Source of the DNA: Mycobacterium leprae TN
Lineage (GTDB): Bacteria; Actinomycetota; Actinomycetes; Mycobacteriales; Mycobacteriaceae
Direction of reading: 5' to 3'
NCBI RefSeq assembly: GCF_000195855.1
Contig: NC_002677.1
Span: forward strand, 2,280,001 to 2,312,000
Length of the DNA stretch: 32,000 bases
Part shown: positions 23,407 through 32,000 of the stretch, piece by piece
Position numbering within the stretch: position 1 is the first letter of the stretch
How the letters are laid out: every line of letters begins with the position of its first letter
Translations under genes and position numbers: made by a program
The notes under the pieces: generated by a model
Told to the model about the DNA's origin: nothing
Database searches by the model: none
What the model saw: only the letters and a program-made list of their open reading frames with translations

Positions 23407-24298
23407 GGCACACATTGTGCCTCAGATAAAAATTTCGACCGGCGGGTTGCTCGACTGGTACCGACAATCGTGCCGTGATTTGCCCTGGCGACAGCCCGGC
23501 GTCACCGCATGGCAGATCCTGGTCAGCGAGTTCATGTTGCAGCAGACACCAGTGGCCCGGGTGTTGTCGATCTGGCCGGATTGGGTGCAGCGCTGGCCCA
23601 CACCGTCGACTACCGCCGCAGCTAGCGCAGCAGACGTACTACGTGCCTGGGGCAAGCTGGGCTACCCGAGGCGGGCAAAGCGCTTACACGAGTCCGCTAC
23701 CATCATCGCACGTGAACACGATGATGTGGTTCCTGATGACGTCGATGTCTTGCTGACCATGCCAGGCATCGGCAGCTACACTGCACGAGCCGTCGCGTGC
23801 TTCGCTTACCATCAGCCGGTTCCAGTGGTGGACACCAATGTACGTCGCGTGGTGGCCCGTGCCGTGCATGGCCGAGCGGACGCCGGCCCGCCATCTGCAA
23901 CGCGCGACCATGCCGACGTCTCGTCACTGCTGCCGGGCAAGAAAGCTGCGCCGCAATTTTCTATGGCGCTGATGGAGTTAGGCGCGATCGTGTGCACGGC
24001 CCGGTCGCCGCGATGCGGGTTGTGCCCACTCAACGAATGCGCATGGCGGCATGCCGGCTATCCGCCCGCACAAGGGCCAGCGCGGCGCGCGCAACAATAC
24101 GCAGGAACTGACCGCCAGGTTCGCGGTCTGTTGCTGGATGTGTTGCGCGCCAAGGATTCTCCAGTTACCGGCACAGAGCTTAACGTGACCTGGTTAACCA
24201 ACTCCATCCAACTTGACCGGGCGCTCGATTCGTTGCTTGCCGACGGCCTGGTGACCCGAACAACTGATGGCCGGTTCGCTTTGACTGGCGAGGGGTGA
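23405..24298 (+). CDS. mutY: A/G-specific adenine glycosylase
   Basis: DLPWRQPGVTAWQILVSEFMLQQTPVARVL, MPGIGSYTARAVACFAY, VPVVDTNVRRVVARA, ELGAIVCTARSPRCGLCPLNECAWR. Confidence 0.95.
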   Translation: MAHIVPQIKISTGGLLDWYRQSCRDLPWRQPGVTAWQILVSEFMLQQTPVARVLSIWPDWVQRWPTPSTTAAASAADVLRAWGKLGYPRRAKRLHESATIIAREHDDVVPDDVDVLLTMPGIGSYTARAVACFAYHQPVPVVDTNVRRVVARAVHGRADAGPPSATRDHADVSSLLPGKKAAPQFSMALMELGAIVCTARSPRCGLCPLNECAWRHAGYPPAQGPARRAQQYAGTDRQVRGLLLDVLRAKDSPVTGTELNVTWLTNSIQLDRALDSLLADGLVTRTTDGRFALTGEG

Positions 24299-24306
24299 AT
24301 ACTTTA

Positions 24307-25077
24307 TCAATCACGCCCAGCGCAGCCCGCTAAGAAAGACACGACAGCCTGCCGATATACCTGCGTCGCTTCATCGTGAATCAGATGACCGGCTTCGGGG
24401 ACATACAAGTAGGTTGTTCGACAAGCTGTTTTGGTCATGGCGAGCATCTGGCCGTGCGGCGTTACTGAGGTACCCGCCTCGATCAGCAACACTGGCGACC
24501 GCACGGCAAGCCAGTGTTCCCAGTAGTCGCGGGTACCCCATTCAGCGGCGATTTCGATCCATCGTGAGGTGTGACCGTGCAGCTGCCAACCGGTGGAGGT
24601 ACGGTCAAAGGCATCCAGAAAGTACTGACCGGCTACCGGCCCGAATTCATCGAATACCTTTTCAACAGAGTCAAATTCAACCGGAATCCCACGCAACCAA
24701 GGCTCCCAAGGACCGGTGCTGCAGCCACGAAAATCTGGCGCCATATCCTCGACCACCAGGGCCGAAACTAAATCCGGGCGCTCAGCGGCCAGACACCATG
24801 AGTGCATAGCACCCATCGAATGTCCGACCAGCCTGGCCGGCACTCCCAACGTGCTCACAGCATCTGCCAGATCGGTCACGAAACGTTCGGTACTGATCGG
24901 GTATGGATCGACAACGTTACGGCCCCGGTGCCACGGCGCGTCGTAGGTGTAAACGGTGCCCAGCTGGCTGAGCCACGGCAGCTGACGCGACCAGGTGTTG
25001 CCCCGGCCCATCAGACCGTGGACCAAGATCAGTGGTTTGCCGCGTCCGCCGCGGAGGGTCAATAGATTGGTGGACAC
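24307..25077 (-). CDS. Alpha/beta hydrolase (Rv3591c-like)
   Basis: GRGKPLILVHGLMGRGNTWSRQLPWL, RLVGHSMGAMHSWCLAAERPDLVSALVVEDMAPD, VPEAGHLIHDE. Confidence 0.92.
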   Translation of the reverse strand: MSTNLLTLRGGRGKPLILVHGLMGRGNTWSRQLPWLSQLGTVYTYDAPWHRGRNVVDPYPISTERFVTDLADAVSTLGVPARLVGHSMGAMHSWCLAAERPDLVSALVVEDMAPDFRGCSTGPWEPWLRGIPVEFDSVEKVFDEFGPVAGQYFLDAFDRTSTGWQLHGHTSRWIEIAAEWGTRDYWEHWLAVRSPVLLIEAGTSVTPHGQMLAMTKTACRTTYLYVPEAGHLIHDEATQVYRQAVVSFLAGCAGRD

Positions 25078-25202
25078 ACAACAATCTTGCCGGGACTAGT
25101 CCTCGAGCAAAACAGGCTTGTCCCGGATTGCTCGCCTGCTACCGAGGGCCGCCGAGTCAGCCCGCATCGTCCACCCAGCGCAGGCCGCGGTAGCCTAGCT
25201 GA

Positions 25203-25520
25203 ATGCCAGTGGTGAAGATCAATGCAATCGAGGTATCCACCGATGTTGGCCTCGAACTGGAAAGGCGGTTCGCCCACCGCGCGCATGCGGTCGAGAACTC
25301 TCCCGGCTTTCTCGGCTTTCAGCTGCTCCGCCCAATCAAAGGCGAAAACCGCTACTTCGTGGTGACACACTGGGAGTCCGATGAAGCATTCCAGGCGTGG
25401 GCGAACGGTCCCGCTATCGAAGCCCATGCTGGTCACAGCGCCAACCCGGTGGCGGCTGGTTCGTCGCTGCTGGAATTCGAGGTTGTACTGGACGTTGCCA
25501 CAACCAGCCAGACGAACTAA
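25203..25520 (+). CDS. mhuD: Heme-degrading monooxygenase MhuD
   Basis: 105 aa: MPVVKINAIEVSTDVGLELERRFAHRAHAVENSPGFLGFQLLRPIKGENRYFVVTHWESDEAFQAWANGPAIEAHAG. Confidence 0.95.
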   Translation: MPVVKINAIEVSTDVGLELERRFAHRAHAVENSPGFLGFQLLRPIKGENRYFVVTHWESDEAFQAWANGPAIEAHAGHSANPVAAGSSLLEFEVVLDVATTSQTN

Positions 25521-25545
25521 CCAGCGCCCCCCACGGCACCGCACA

Positions 25546-26859
25546 GTGGCGTTGGCCGCCACCGCCGCTCTGGTCGTTACTATGGCGCCAGGTTGCGCCC
25601 ATTCCGCTTCCCCGTATGCGAACACCGCGGATCCAGGGCTGCGGATCGACACCAGGACTCCTCCCGGTGTGCGTGCCCAGCAGATCATCGACATGCTTAA
25701 CTCGGACTGGCCTATCGGCCTGGTCGGAGTTCGCACCTTCGCGTCGCATGACATGGTGGAAATAGTTAAAACCACCTTGGAAGAGCTGTGGTGGGATCGT
25801 CCCTTCACCCTCGAAGGTGTAGACATCGGCGCTAGCGTCGCAACGCTGCACCTCATTTCCTCCTACGGCGCACAACAGGACATCCGAATTCACACCGACG
25901 GCAATAGCTGGGTTGACCGGTTCGACCTCAATACACAGCCACCGTCGATTACCTCGTGGTACGACATCGATGCCGCGTTAAGCAAAACTGGCGCCCGCTA
26001 CTCGTATCAGGTTGCCAAGGTCGATAACGGTCGATGCGATCCGGTGCAGGGCACCAATACCGCCGAATCCCTACCTTTGGCATCGATTTTCAAGTTATAT
26101 GTGCTGCACGCCCTGGCGTATGCGGTCCGCAATGGTACGGTGTCCTGGGATGATCAGCTAACCGTTACCGACAAGAGCAGAGCTGTGGGCTCTTCCGGTT
26201 TGGAATTGCCTATTGGAGAACATGTTTCGGTTCGTACTGCCGCCGAGAAAATGATCGCAACTAGCGACAACATGGCCACCGACCTGCTCATTGGGAAGAT
26301 GGGTACGCATGCCGTCGAGGAAGCGCTCGTCACAGCCGGCCATCACGATCCAGCGAGCATGACTCCGTTCCCCACAATGTACGAGTTATTCTCAGTGGGC
26401 TGGGGTCAACCAGATCTACGCAGCCAATGGAAACAGGCATCCCAGCAACTGCGCGCCCAACTGCTGCAGCAGGCGAATTCCACTCCTTACCAACCGGATC
26501 CAACCCGCGCTCACACCCCGGCTTCCAATTACGGTGCTGAATGGTACGGAAGCGCCGAAGACATCTGTCGAATCCACGCGGCGCTGCAAGCAGACGCCAT
26601 CGGCCAAGCCGCACCTGTCAGACAGATCCTATCCGCCGTCGCGGGTATCCAGCTAGATCGCAGCAAATGGCCGTATATCGGGGCGAAAGCCGGCGGCCTA
26701 CCGGGTGACCTAACCTTTAGCTGGTACGCCGTCGACAAGACACAACAATCTTGGGTAGTCAGCTTTCAGCTGAACTGGCCACGCGACCATGGACCGACCG
26801 TGACCAGCTGGATGCTCCAGCTCGCCAAACAGGTGTTCGCACTGTTTGCACCACGATAA
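25546..26859 (+). CDS. lpqF: Lipoprotein with serine beta-lactamase-like fold, LpqF
   Basis: Lipobox-like TMAPGC after a short hydrophobic stretch; DNGRCDPVQGTNTAESLPLASIFKLYVLHALA, SDNMATDLLIG. The start is uncertain: the ORF is open from 25381 and 25546 is only the last usable GTG. Confidence 0.88.
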   Translation: MALAATAALVVTMAPGCAHSASPYANTADPGLRIDTRTPPGVRAQQIIDMLNSDWPIGLVGVRTFASHDMVEIVKTTLEELWWDRPFTLEGVDIGASVATLHLISSYGAQQDIRIHTDGNSWVDRFDLNTQPPSITSWYDIDAALSKTGARYSYQVAKVDNGRCDPVQGTNTAESLPLASIFKLYVLHALAYAVRNGTVSWDDQLTVTDKSRAVGSSGLELPIGEHVSVRTAAEKMIATSDNMATDLLIGKMGTHAVEEALVTAGHHDPASMTPFPTMYELFSVGWGQPDLRSQWKQASQQLRAQLLQQANSTPYQPDPTRAHTPASNYGAEWYGSAEDICRIHAALQADAIGQAAPVRQILSAVAGIQLDRSKWPYIGAKAGGLPGDLTFSWYAVDKTQQSWVVSFQLNWPRDHGPTVTSWMLQLAKQVFALFAPR

Positions 26860-26929
26860 CATACGCTTTCAACCGTCCCCGTGGTAAGGCATGACGGCGC
26901 AGTTGACCGGAGCGACATCGATACACTTT

Positions 26930-27400
26930 AATCGTTTCAGGTGAGTGAAAGAGGCCGACAGAACCCATCCGAATCACCGCTGGGTGTGTCATCATCACCG
27001 TTGTTAATATATTCCAGGTCAACGTCTCCAAATATACCTTCTAACCGGTCAATCAGGTTGACAATCGACTCACCACCATGCGGCGCCTGAACTGGATCGG
27101 TCAGCCACACCGTTAGGTTGTCGGGCCTGATGTACTCAATGGCCTGCTCATGGCACCGGCCGTAATCAAGATCGGCCAGCCGTGGCTCCGCGCTGACGTG
27201 TAGATTTAGCACTTACGCGATTCATGATACGCTGATAAGGTCTGGCACCGCGGTAGGCCAGGTTAGCATAACATTTGATGTCCATGGCTTTACATATCGC
27301 GAACAGCTTCGGTCTGGCGGAGTTGAGCGGTTCATCGACAGGAAACCTTCCGGCGGTCACGGCATCCTTCATCGCGTGCGACACCAACGTCAGCCGGACG
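26930..27400 (-). pseudogene. Remnant of histidine (phosphoglycerate mutase-like) phosphatase
   Basis: Two-frame homology VRLTLVSHAMKDAVTAGRFPVDEPLN... and EPRLADLDYGRCHEQAIEYIRPDNLTVWLTDPVQAPHGGESIVNLIDRLEG. Confidence 0.72.
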
Positions 27401-27429
27401 ACCTCGCACACCCCGCAATAATCGATACC

Positions 27430-28185
27430 TGTCCGTTCACGAACCGCGACTGTCGGCGAGCGCCCGGTGAGTGTCGCGACGACTAAGCCAGTAGTCACCC
27501 ACAACACCAGTTGCGTAACTAATGCAAGCTAATCTGACCTCATAGAGAAACCTCGGAAAGAAAACCAGGATAGACAATCGCACCCGAGGCGTTTCTCATC
27601 GGTTCAGGTATCTCGTAAAGAGTTGGGCAATAGCACAAACACCCCGGCGATCATCGATATATGCGCTCCTACCACAAACAGCCTGGCGTTCCATGACCCA
27701 ACTCTTCCGGTGAACCGCCGGGGCCAGCCATACCTCGGCGACAGCAAGCCCCACCAAGATCAGTGCCGCAACCAGATACCATCCAGTTCACGTACCGAGA
27801 TTGTGTCCGCTTGACCTAAAGTCGTAGAAGTAGCCGAATATTTCATGAACGGTACAGGTATACTACGACGAAAATCACGTCGCTAACAGCATAGAAAATA
27901 GCTAGCTTCCAGGGTTTTACGCGCAATTTTTGGTACAGAGATACACCCCGCATATCAGGCAGAACAGCACAGCCAAAGTGCACCCATCGCGACACCGAAA
28001 ACCAACATACCGAAACCAATCCTGTATTCTCCTGCACAATAGCGAGTAAACAACTCAACGCCATGCTCATACACACCTGGGCCCGCTCAGCGAACTCGAC
28101 CCCGGTCGTGTTAATAGAAATGCCAATAAGGCGTCGACCGCATACACCAGCAAACCGCAGGCGATAAGACACTTCTCCACGCTGC
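27430..28185 (-). pseudogene. cbtA: Remnant of CbtA cobalt-transporter subunit
   Basis: Frameshift-corrected fragments in collinear order: YEHGVELFTRY, GFGMLVFGVAMGAL, ARKTLEAS, VPFMKYSA, WYLVAALILVGLAVA, RRFTGRVGSWNARLFVVGAHISMIAGVFVLLP, VTQLVLWVTTGLVVATLTG. Confidence 0.75.
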
Positions 28186-28192
28186 CGCCAGG

Positions 28193-28420
28193 TCAGTGGC
28201 AGAGGAATCCGAACAGATGCCTTGCGTTGTGCACAAGCTCGTGCACATGTGAGTCGCTTCCAAACAGCGACACCACACCTTAATCCAGACCAACGAAATA
28301 CAGCGCGAATAACGCTAGGAAGGCGACGCCGCCAACCAGAGCACCGCATTCGCTGTCGACAAATCAACCGATCCGGACATGCGTGCCAGTTGTCGGAAAA
28401 TTGGCCACAGTTCACTTCTT
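28193..28420 (-). pseudogene. cbtB: Remnant of CbtB cobalt-transporter subunit
   Basis: In one frame: VGGVAFLALFALYFVGLD*GVVSLFGSDSHVHELVHNARHLFGFLCH*, matching the CbtB HVHExxHDxRHLxGFPCH terminus with one internal stop and a frameshift upstream. Confidence 0.8.
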
Positions 28421-28454
28421 CTCAGGATCTCGCATCACGCCTGGGTGTTCATGA

Positions 28455-28545
28455 CGGGCATAGGGTTTGACTTTAAACAGTGGCCCGACCGTTCTGGAAT
28501 CGCACCAGGATTCTGGTATCCATCAACAAACACTGGACAACATTC
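28455..28545 (-). promoter_or_regulatory. Probable cobalamin riboswitch (possibly decayed) upstream of pseudo-cbtB
   Basis: Minus strand: GATACCAGAATCCTGGTGCGATTCCAGAACGGTCGGGCCACTGTTTAAAGTCAAACCCTATGCCCGTC; has the GGTG..ATTCC..ACGGTCG.GCCACTGT...AGTCA signature of B12 elements, directly 5' of cbtB. Confidence 0.72.
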
Positions 28546-28569
28546 GTTAATTTAAATCGTGAGCCGTTG

Positions 28570-28770
28570 CGAGCAGGTAGGCTGGGGCCCCGGAGGCACC
28601 CAGGCTGCCCGTCAAACCTGGGAGACCTAGAGCGCCGTAGCTGGCTTGAATCTTGACTGCCGTTAGGCCCGAATCCACCCACGCCACCGCTGCCGTACAA
28701 CAACCCCCCGGCCCCACCGGACTGGTCCACACCGTTAACAGTCACCTCAGTGGGTGTGTTCAACCACATC
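28570..28770 (-). pseudogene. Possible PE_PGRS-type Gly-rich fragment
   Basis: VDQSGGAGGLLYGSGGVGGFG followed in a second frame by YGALGLPGLTGSLGASGAPAYLL. I recall PE_PGRS59 near this position in the Mtb order. Confidence 0.4.
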
Positions 28771-29096
28771 CAGCAAGGCCTGCTAAGCGCTAGCTACCTC
28801 ATTCATGAGTTTTATAACGAAACACCGCCGGCGTCGCACTCAGCGCCTAACACCCTGGCTCGTGTACCGTAACGTTACCACGACGTTCGCCAACACTTCA
28901 TCGGCACCATCGGCTAACACACACTGGTGGTCGAGGCCAGCGACCGGTTGCTCTATGTCCGACACGCAGTACTGGTGCTGTGTTGTGGGTGTTTCATAGG
29001 TGGTGGGTGAAATGGCTGTTTTTGCGTTTTATGACTGGCCGATATGTTCGGTAGTCGTGGGGGGCAGCCCGGAATCCTGTTGACGTGTTTTGCTGT

Positions 29097-29634
29097 GTTG
29101 CGGGGTTTTTGTTGGTGGGTGGCTGACTGCCTGCTTTCGATGAGGCTTCGTGTGCTTTGCCGCAGTGGACACGATTAGCGCGGCGCACGTAAGCATGTCG
29201 GTGGTGGATGCTGCTTGGTCTACATGTTGATGATGCCAGGGGCTGGGCACCTGGGCTGTGCTGAAGGCGATATCGATGCAGGCGTGAGTGTGAGGATAGT
29301 TGTTAGCGCCGCGGGGTAGGGGCGTTTTAGTGTGCATGTCATGGCCTTGAGGTGTCGGCGTGGTCAATGTGGCCGCACCTGAACAGGCACGTCCCCGTGC
29401 ACGGTATAACTATTCGCACCTGATGTTATCCCTTGCACCATTTCTGCCGCTGGTATCGGTGTCGGCGGCTTGTTGACCGGCCCTCAGCCAGCAAGCAGGC
29501 ATGCCGCCGGGTGCAGCAGTATCGTGTTAGTGAACAGTGCATCGATGATCCGGCCGTCGGCGGCACATACGGCAACCTTCTAGCGCAGATCAACCACCCA
29601 CACCCCACCAGCCCACCACAACACCACCACCCAA
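29097..29634 (-). repeat. RLEP-family dispersed repeat, copy 2 (inverted relative to copy 1)
   Basis: Near-identical to the reverse complement of 20712-21241; differs by an 8-bp extra GGGCTGGT near one end and a few substitutions. Confidence 0.95.
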
Positions 29635-29649
29635 GGCCTCAATCACCCC

Positions 29650-30754
29650 AACAATGCCCCGTCCGATGCTGACTCGCACGGTGATTGACATATTCTTCGG
29701 CGACCCCGACGGTGTCGCTAGTATGAAGCACCGTAGCAGGACATGTCGGAGACCGCCGCCAGCTTCTCGACACAATGCAGCGCTTTTGCGACCGGCTCTA
29801 GTCGGGTCAGGACACCAGCAAGGTCCTCGATAAGCAGTCGCTCGTTACCATCAGCGTCCAAGATGACCACCGCGTCTAACCCATAGCAGGCAGCGCACCA
29901 CTTATTTTCCTGGACATGCCAGGGCGACATTGTCGACAGCGCCTCGCCAGCATCTGGCCTGCGCTCTAGATCGACAACAAGGCAATACGTCAACGCGCCC
30001 AGCTCACGCAGGTTGGAAAGACAGTCGCAAATTCTCACCTCCAGAGTGTCCAGATGCAGCTATGGTTTTACATCCCAAAGGATTTCGTCGATATGGTTGA
30101 TGATTCCGATCTTTTTCTAATCGTAGACAAAACCTTCGAATTCCGCCCACGTCTGAACGTGAAACGGAAGCACGGCGGTGGGCAAGTGCTGAAACATCAT
30201 TGCCAGATTGCTGGCATAGCCGGTGTCTTCGCTACCCCACCAAGGTCACCAAGGTGAGAACACCGACAACGCCAACAAGTGCGGATAGTAGTTGAGCAAC
30301 GCCGTCATGATGGGCATCACCTTGTTAGCCAACGTAATACCGACATGTAGGTGCACCCCCAGATCGGCATCTGGCGGCCCCACCACTGAGTGCACTTTAT
30401 TAGCTCAGCATAGCACGACATGTCAGTGAGCTTCTGGGCTAGATAACTGGGCAAATGGTTTTGTGGCCAGCGCAGAACAATTCCATGCCGCGATCCCGGA
30501 CAATCTCTTAGGCGGGGCGCAAGGTGTTGTGCAGATCCTCTATCGCCGCTGCGGAACATCCACAAATACCGCTAACAATTTCGACGGTGTTACGCAGCAA
30601 TTCCTTGTGCACGCGCGGGTTTTCGCCAATCTCGATAATGACCGCTGTGGCGTCGTTGCTAAAGTCCCGGGTCTGCGCATCGACGAGCGCAAACTCCGAC
30701 TCCACACTAATAGTCGGCCGCGGTGAGCGGACCGAAGTCGATATGGGCACGCAT
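29650..30754 (-). pseudogene. Decayed YbdK-like carboxylate-amine ligase (Rv0433-like)
   Basis: MRAHIDF / SPRPTISVESEFALVDAQTRDFSNDATAVIIEIGENPRVHKELLRNTVEIVSGICGCSAAAIEDL, AELIKCTQWWGRQMPIWG, VRICDCLSNLRELGALTYCLVVDLERRPDAGEALSTMSPWHVQENKWCAACYGLDAVVILDADGNERLL; multiple frame breaks. Confidence 0.92.
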
Positions 30755-30770
30755 CCTGTTGACCGGTGAG

Positions 30771-31502
<732 letters not shown>

Positions 31503-31557
31503 CTAGCCTGGCGTTCCCGACATTGGCAGCGGGCCGCAAGAGCCCCTCAATAAGGTC

Positions 31558-31995
31558 TCAGCTCGTCACCAAGACGATGACACCCGGCGGCTGGTTGGTG
31601 ATTGCAGCAATTCGCGGCTCAACAGGTGCTCCTAATTTCTGACCCACTGCGTCAGCGGTGGCGTACTCTCCCTCGGCATCCGAGTAGTACACCGTGGTGG
31701 CCGAGACGTCAGACACCACCAGGTTATCGACCTCGGTGACTTTGAAACCGGCGGTGGTGAGCTGGTCGCGAGTGCGCGCAGCGATACCCTCTTTCGAAGA
31801 GATATTGTACACGCGGACCTCCGCCTGGTTCGCCGCAGAGGTGCTGCTTGTCGAAGTGGCCGCCGGGGTGGTAGGGGTATTGGGCATGCTCGACATCGGC
31901 AACGCCGAGTAATCATCAGAGTTTCCGGATGAACCCAGAGCCTGCCACCCGAGCAGCAGGAAAATGACACCAAGAAACAACAGCACCATAACCAT
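31558..31995 (-). CDS. Rv0431-like membrane-anchored protein (LytR C-terminal-like domain); N-terminus may extend beyond the window
   Basis: MVMVLLFLGVIFLLLGWQALGSS ... AEVRVYNISSKEGIAARTRDQLTTAGFKVTEVDNLVVSDVSATTVYYSDAEG...GVIVLVTS. Confidence 0.82.
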   Translation of the reverse strand: MVMVLLFLGVIFLLLGWQALGSSGNSDDYSALPMSSMPNTPTTPAATSTSSTSAANQAEVRVYNISSKEGIAARTRDQLTTAGFKVTEVDNLVVSDVSATTVYYSDAEGEYATADAVGQKLGAPVEPRIAAITNQPPGVIVLVTS

Positions 31996-32000
31996 AGCCC

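Noticed and set aside
28193-28199. GCCACTG (minus strand) at the end of pseudo-cbtB as a second B12 element
   Set aside because: It encodes the C-terminal Cys-His of CbtB (CTCTGCCACTGA) and lacks the surrounding GGTG/ATTCC and AGTCA boxes; treated as coincidence.
27843-28415. 190-aa minus-strand ORF that could be called as a membrane protein
   Set aside because: Its frame mixes non-homologous translation over a region where other frames give collinear CbtB and CbtA fragments; it is an accident of decay.
28473-28769. 98-aa minus-strand ORF as an intact gene
   Set aside because: It spans the B12-element-like sequence and a Gly-rich fragment; it is better explained as regulatory plus pseudogene sequence.

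Overview
The gene content, the dense pseudogene load and two RLEP-type repeats identify this window as Mycobacterium leprae chromosome. No database search was run; identifications come from recall of mycobacterial protein sequences. The window joins three neighbourhoods that I recall as distant from each other in M. tuberculosis (Mtb). (1) 1-20.7 kb matches Mtb Rv0652..Rv0632c: rplL, rplJ, an ABC1/UbiB kinase, lipG, mmaA1, pseudo-mmaA2, pseudo-mmaA3, mmaA4, rplA, rplK, nusG, secE, tRNA-Trp, hadC, hadB, hadA, rpmG, tRNA-Met, tRNA-Thr, a VapB-like orphan, a glyoxalase-II-like gene and pseudo-echA3. (2) 21.24-29.1 kb matches Mtb Rv3586..Rv3593: a disA 3' fragment, Rv3587c-like, a beta carbonic anhydrase, mutY, Rv3591c-like, mhuD and lpqF. 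(3) 29.6-32 kb matches Mtb Rv0433..Rv0431: a pseudo carboxylate-amine ligase, sodC and an Rv0431-like gene. Both junctions carry an RLEP copy, and the two copies are in opposite orientation. The two best unannotated-looking signals are decayed modules found by reading across frames. The first (minus strand, 28.55 to 26.9 kb) is a probable cobalamin-riboswitch relic followed by pseudo-cbtB, pseudo-cbtA and a pseudo-histidine phosphatase. The second (plus strand, 8.65-10.24 kb) is two tandem DGPF/YCII-like remnants followed by an ECF42-like sigma factor remnant, inserted between mmaA4 and rplA. I found no intact novel defence or mobile system.
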